Positions 60,814 to 64,000 of a DNA stretch of 64,000 bases are shown here, piece by piece. The notes beneath the pieces are model-generated. The model was given only the letters and a program-made list of their open reading frames with translations. It did not search any database and was not told where the DNA came from. The stretch is taken from the NCBI GenBank assembly GCA_965248475.1, contig OZ252106.1:1583640-1647639 (forward strand), in the 5' to 3' direction. This DNA is from Dehalococcoidia bacterium (lineage in GTDB: Bacteria; Chloroflexota; Dehalococcoidia; Lucifugimonadales; G965248475). The stretch's first letter is position 1. Each line of letters begins with the position of its first letter. Made by a program: the position numbers and the translations under genes.

Positions 60814-61271
60814 TCACAACCCCTTTGTCTGACGCCACTCGATAACATGCAGGGTATGCTCCGGGTACTGGCCGTAGGTATCGAGCCTCAGGCGACGCCG
60901 AAAGCGAGTCTCGGTGACGAAATGGTGCGCCGGTACCGTGGCGAGGAAGGTCACCAGCCGTGCGTGTGTCTCAGAGGACCGACTTTGAACATCTGCCAGC
61001 GACATCTCCCAGTAACGGTGCCACCGGCCTTCGTTGAAGGCGTCGATCCCGCCGTAGGTGACGTACCGGACCGTACGTCTGGCCTGCATGATGACGGGTA
61101 GGCTGCAAGCGCCTCCTCCTCCCACGTGGCGACATGGCCCAGCAGGTCTTTGACGGACCAGTCGCCAACCACGCCAGGCTCTTGAAGGGCCGTCGCAGAC
61201 AGGCCGCGGGAGGCCAGACCAAAGGCCTGCCATCCGGTGTCAATGGGTCTCAGAAGCTGGTCTAGGTCCAT
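60814..61271 (-). pseudogene. DinB/ClbS-like four-helix-bundle protein, frameshifted
   Basis: GDWSVKDLLGHVATWEEEALAA (track ORF 60951..61271) continues as LPVIMQARR...IDAFNEGRW...YPEHTLHVIEWRQ (track ORF 60814..61233) after a 1-nt shift near 61101. Confidence 0.7.
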
Positions 61272-61306
61272 GATGCGCCGCTATCGTGAATTAGGTACGT
61301 TTAAGC

Positions 61307-61375
61307 TGCCCGGCCTGGGTTCGAACCAGGGACTTCAGCTTCAAAGGCTGACGTGCTACCGCTACACTACCGGGC
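61307..61375 (-). tRNA. tRNA-Gln (anticodon UUG)
   Basis: Hand-folded cloverleaf: acceptor GCCCGGU/GCCGGGC, anticodon stem UCAGC/GCUGA with loop CUUUGAA, T-arm CCUGG-UUCGAAC-CCAGG. CCA is not encoded. TATAAT at 61402..61397 lies upstream. Confidence 0.85.
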
Positions 61376-61523
61376 AACGCATATCCAACCAGAGTCATTA
61401 TAGCTGATTGCTATGGGTGAGCCATCTGCAGCCCTCAGCGGTTGCTAACGGCGGGCGCATGAGCTACATTGTCGCTTGACCCCAAAACTGATACCACACC
61501 CCATATGGACAGAGGAGGCTCCG

Positions 61524-62390
61524 ATGCAGATTGAACTGGTACAGGCAACCACAGCGGACGAGATTGTTCTGGACGGCGCGTTCCTACCACCCCCTTTGGA
61601 GATTCCGGCCAGCCAGCCCATAGACTCGTTGCTACTGGTCCACGGGTCCGGCGGCAGCTTCTACCGGGGCAACACCCTTAGCCGTGCTGCCAGGCTGCGT
61701 GACGCCGGCTTCGCGGTGGGTGTGATAAACACCAGGGGCCATGACGTCGTTGCTACTCAGAACCAGGAGCAGTTCATGGGCAACGCCTTCGAGATCCTGG
61801 ACGACTGCCGGTATGACCTGGACGCTGCCATAGCCCTTATGGCGGAGCGTGGATACTCGCGCATCGGCCTCGTAGGGCTCAGTCTAGGCTCCCCCAAGAT
61901 CGTTTACTACCAGGCCCAGACCCAGGACCCACGGGTGGCCGGCCTGGTCACCTTCGGACCTGTGCGCCTGTCACACTCCTACTTCCTGGCAAGTGAGGAT
62001 GGTGAGGAGCACAAGCGCATCTATGAACGAGCCAAGGAGTTGGTGGAGTCCGGCCAGCCGGATACGCTGATGCCCGTGGACTTCCCCAACGCTCATGCCA
62101 TGTTCACAGCGGCGGTGTACCTGGACCGTCACTGCACGGAGCGGTATAACATGATTCCGTTGATGGACAAGATCAACCGCCCTCTCCTGATTCTGGCCGG
62201 AACACTGGAACTCGCCACCCGGCACCTGGACTGCGCTCAGGACATGTTCGACACCGCCAATGGCAGTCCCGACGTCGAGCTGAAGCTGGTGGAGGATGCG
62301 ACCCACATGTTCCCGGAGATGGACGACGAGTTCCTGAACCCGGTGATCCAGTGGGCACGCAACCTGAGATCCGTGCAGACTCCCGCCTAG
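61524..62390 (+). CDS. Alpha/beta hydrolase
   Basis: GAGGAGG before ATG 61524. LLVHGSGGSF oxyanion region and GLSLGS nucleophile elbow. Confidence 0.8.
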   Translation: MQIELVQATTADEIVLDGAFLPPPLEIPASQPIDSLLLVHGSGGSFYRGNTLSRAARLRDAGFAVGVINTRGHDVVATQNQEQFMGNAFEILDDCRYDLDAAIALMAERGYSRIGLVGLSLGSPKIVYYQAQTQDPRVAGLVTFGPVRLSHSYFLASEDGEEHKRIYERAKELVESGQPDTLMPVDFPNAHAMFTAAVYLDRHCTERYNMIPLMDKINRPLLILAGTLELATRHLDCAQDMFDTANGSPDVELKLVEDATHMFPEMDDEFLNPVIQWARNLRSVQTPA

Positions 62391-62401
62391 GGGAGGCAGG
62401 G

Positions 62402-62884
62402 TTGAGCTGGCTTCGCCCTCTGGATGTAACAGTCACCTTTGAGGACCGCACCTACAAGCTGGGCGAGTCCATACAGGTGGCGGTGGAGTTGAGCGCTCGG
62501 GATAGTGTCGAAGTGAGGGCAGGCAGCATAAGCCTGATATGCGACGAGCGGTGGGTGGACCTGTGGACCGTTCAGGTGTCCGCCCACAGGTGGGGCCGGG
62601 TATCCGATTCCGGGATATCAAGAGGACTGCCACAGGCTTCGATAACAAAGCGCGGGTCCAAGGTGAACCATGACCACTACTACCCCAGCAGCGCCCAGCT
62701 CCTGGGTAACGAGCGGCTCAGCCCGGATACGCCGTACCGATACGACGCCAGGTTGGACATACCAGTGAAGGGTCCGCCCCACGCGTATGATGCCACAGTC
62801 ACATGGCAGCTGGTAGCCACATTTGACGTCGCCCGCGCCAGGGACGTTACGGAAAGTCGCACCATCACGGTGGCACTGATCTAA
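62402..62884 (+). CDS. Hypothetical protein (beta-rich)
   Basis: GGGAGG-5nt-TTG 62402, just after the upstream stop. 160 aa. No family recognised with confidence. Confidence 0.5.
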   Translation: MSWLRPLDVTVTFEDRTYKLGESIQVAVELSARDSVEVRAGSISLICDERWVDLWTVQVSAHRWGRVSDSGISRGLPQASITKRGSKVNHDHYYPSSAQLLGNERLSPDTPYRYDARLDIPVKGPPHAYDATVTWQLVATFDVARARDVTESRTITVALI

Positions 62885-62914
62885 CGCTCCAGGTATCCAG
62901 TAAAGGAGATCGCT

Positions 62915-63451
62915 CTGGAAAAACAGAACAGGGTCCAGTGGGTCTACTCCTCAGCCAGCAACCGGGAGCTTCAGCAGCGATACGACGAGTGGGCGTCCAC
63001 CTACGACACCGACCTGGAGAACGACTTCGGTTACGTAGGGCCGTGGGTGGCCCCAGACCTATTTGCCAGGCATGTTGCCACAGACGCATCTGTGCTGGAC
63101 GCCGGAGCCGGTACTGGACTGGTCGGCAAGCTGCTGGCGGAGAAAGGCTATGGGCAGATCGATGCAATGGACCTGTCGGAAGGGATGCTGGAGGAGGCGC
63201 GCAAGACCGGGGCGTACAAGGCGTTCCACCAGATGGTGATGGGCGAGCGCCTGGACTTTCCAGACGGTGCCTATGACGCTGTTGTCGCCATAGGCGTCCT
63301 TACCATCGGCCACGCGCCTGCAAGCTCCCTTGACGAACTGGTGCGTGTGACCAGGCCGGGCGGGCAGGTCCTGTTCTCCATGCGCCCTGACATCTACGAA
63401 AGCGACGGCTTCAAGGACAAGCAGTCGCAGCTGCAGTCCGACGGCGCATGA
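62915..63451 (+). CDS. Class I SAM-dependent methyltransferase; CTG start; frame continues past TGA to 63541
   Basis: AAGGAG-6nt-CTG 62915. No ATG/GTG/TTG occurs before the conserved YDEWASTYDTDL..GYVGP N-terminus. Motif I VLDAGAGTGLVG. After TGA 63449..63451 the frame reads QFVEVTDPFRPLPKGEPEAYSQIYVFRQT-TAA. Confidence 0.8.
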   Translation: MEKQNRVQWVYSSASNRELQQRYDEWASTYDTDLENDFGYVGPWVAPDLFARHVATDASVLDAGAGTGLVGKLLAEKGYGQIDAMDLSEGMLEEARKTGAYKAFHQMVMGERLDFPDGAYDAVVAIGVLTIGHAPASSLDELVRVTRPGGQVLFSMRPDIYESDGFKDKQSQLQSDGA

Positions 63452-63592
63452 CAGTTCGTAGAGGTTACCGACCCGTTCAGGCCTCTGCCCAAGGGTGAGC
63501 CAGAGGCCTATTCCCAGATCTATGTTTTCCGGCAGACATAAGCCGCCAGACCCGGGCAAGCGCATTCATTACTGCATGCCAGAGGTGACACC

Positions 63593-64000
63593 ATGCCATC
63601 CATGACCCAGCAGGAGCTTGAAGAGTACCTTCGCAGGCCCCTGGTAGTGGCATTCACGACTATCAGGCCGAACGGATCGCCCCAGGTCACCCCCATCTGG
63701 TACGAGTACAACGACGGGAAGTTCTACTGTTGGGTTGGCTCCAACACTGTCAAGGCACGCAACGTCCTGCGCAATCCCCGCGTAGCCCTGTGCATCGCCA
63801 CTCACGACCACCCTTACAGCTACGTGATCGCGGAGGGGGTTTGCGAGATTTCGCACGATGGCGTAGCCGAACGTGCCCGCAGCATCAGCATACGTTACTA
63901 TGGCGAGGAGCGTGGGGCACGCTTCCCTAGTGAGACCTACCAGGAAGGCGAAGTGGTACTGCTGGTGGTTACGCCTACGCGCATGCTTACTGAGAACGCC
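63593..64000 (+). CDS. PPOX-class (pyridoxamine 5'-phosphate oxidase-like, possibly F420-dependent) protein, 3' partial
   Basis: AGAGGTGA before ATG 63593. RRPLVVAFTTIRPNGSPQVTPIWYEYNDGKFYCWVGSNTVKARNVLRNPRVALCI fits the PPOX split-barrel pattern. The ORF is open to the window end. Confidence 0.7.
   Translation, partial: MPSMTQQELEEYLRRPLVVAFTTIRPNGSPQVTPIWYEYNDGKFYCWVGSNTVKARNVLRNPRVALCIATHDHPYSYVIAEGVCEISHDGVAERARSISIRYYGEERGARFPSETYQEGEVVLLVVTPTRMLTENA

Noticed and set aside
60512-60845. Plus-strand ORFs 60512..60832 and 60639..60845.
   Set aside because: They lie on top of a complete minus-strand cobalamin riboswitch, its promoter and its terminator.

Overview
GC-rich bacterial chromosomal window, densely coding on both strands, about 75 genes. 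Core metabolism dominates. It carries lutABC; a roughly 10 kb minus-strand pentose-phosphate operon (tkt, tal, HAD, gnd, zwf, pgl, GH15, YjeF_N epimerase); ligA; an acyl-CoA module (NMO-like flavoenzyme, etfBA, PHP phosphoesterase, two family-III CoA-transferases); pth; leuB; a cysteine-synthase-like/selD/HAD/JAMM operon; an RHH-MazF toxin-antitoxin pair; YyaL; a cobalamin-riboswitch-controlled corrinoid-uptake operon; and tRNA-Gln(UUG). The 26-34 kb stretch is an accessory-looking block of envelope proteins and lipoproteins with a PadR plus duplicated membrane-sensor module. I saw no CRISPR array, intact transposase or integrase, prophage or recognisable defence system. Five things deserve a second look. 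(i) selD is a selenoprotein (UGA plus an fdhF-like SECIS hairpin) that the ORF track truncates. (ii) Five to six further conserved-domain genes are interrupted by one in-frame stop: 3-4 TAG, and 2 TGA sitting on Trp-equivalent positions of a PadR and a methyltransferase. (iii) About 9 frameshifts occur, all at or next to short G/C runs, so they are probably consensus errors. (iv) A modular palindromic intergenic repeat family has 3-4 copies. (v) A 106-bp duplication of the yyaL 3' end brackets a 0.6 kb insertion. Taxonomy cannot be fixed from this window; the features look Chloroflexota- or Actinomycetota-like. All homology calls come from motif recognition by eye, not database searches.
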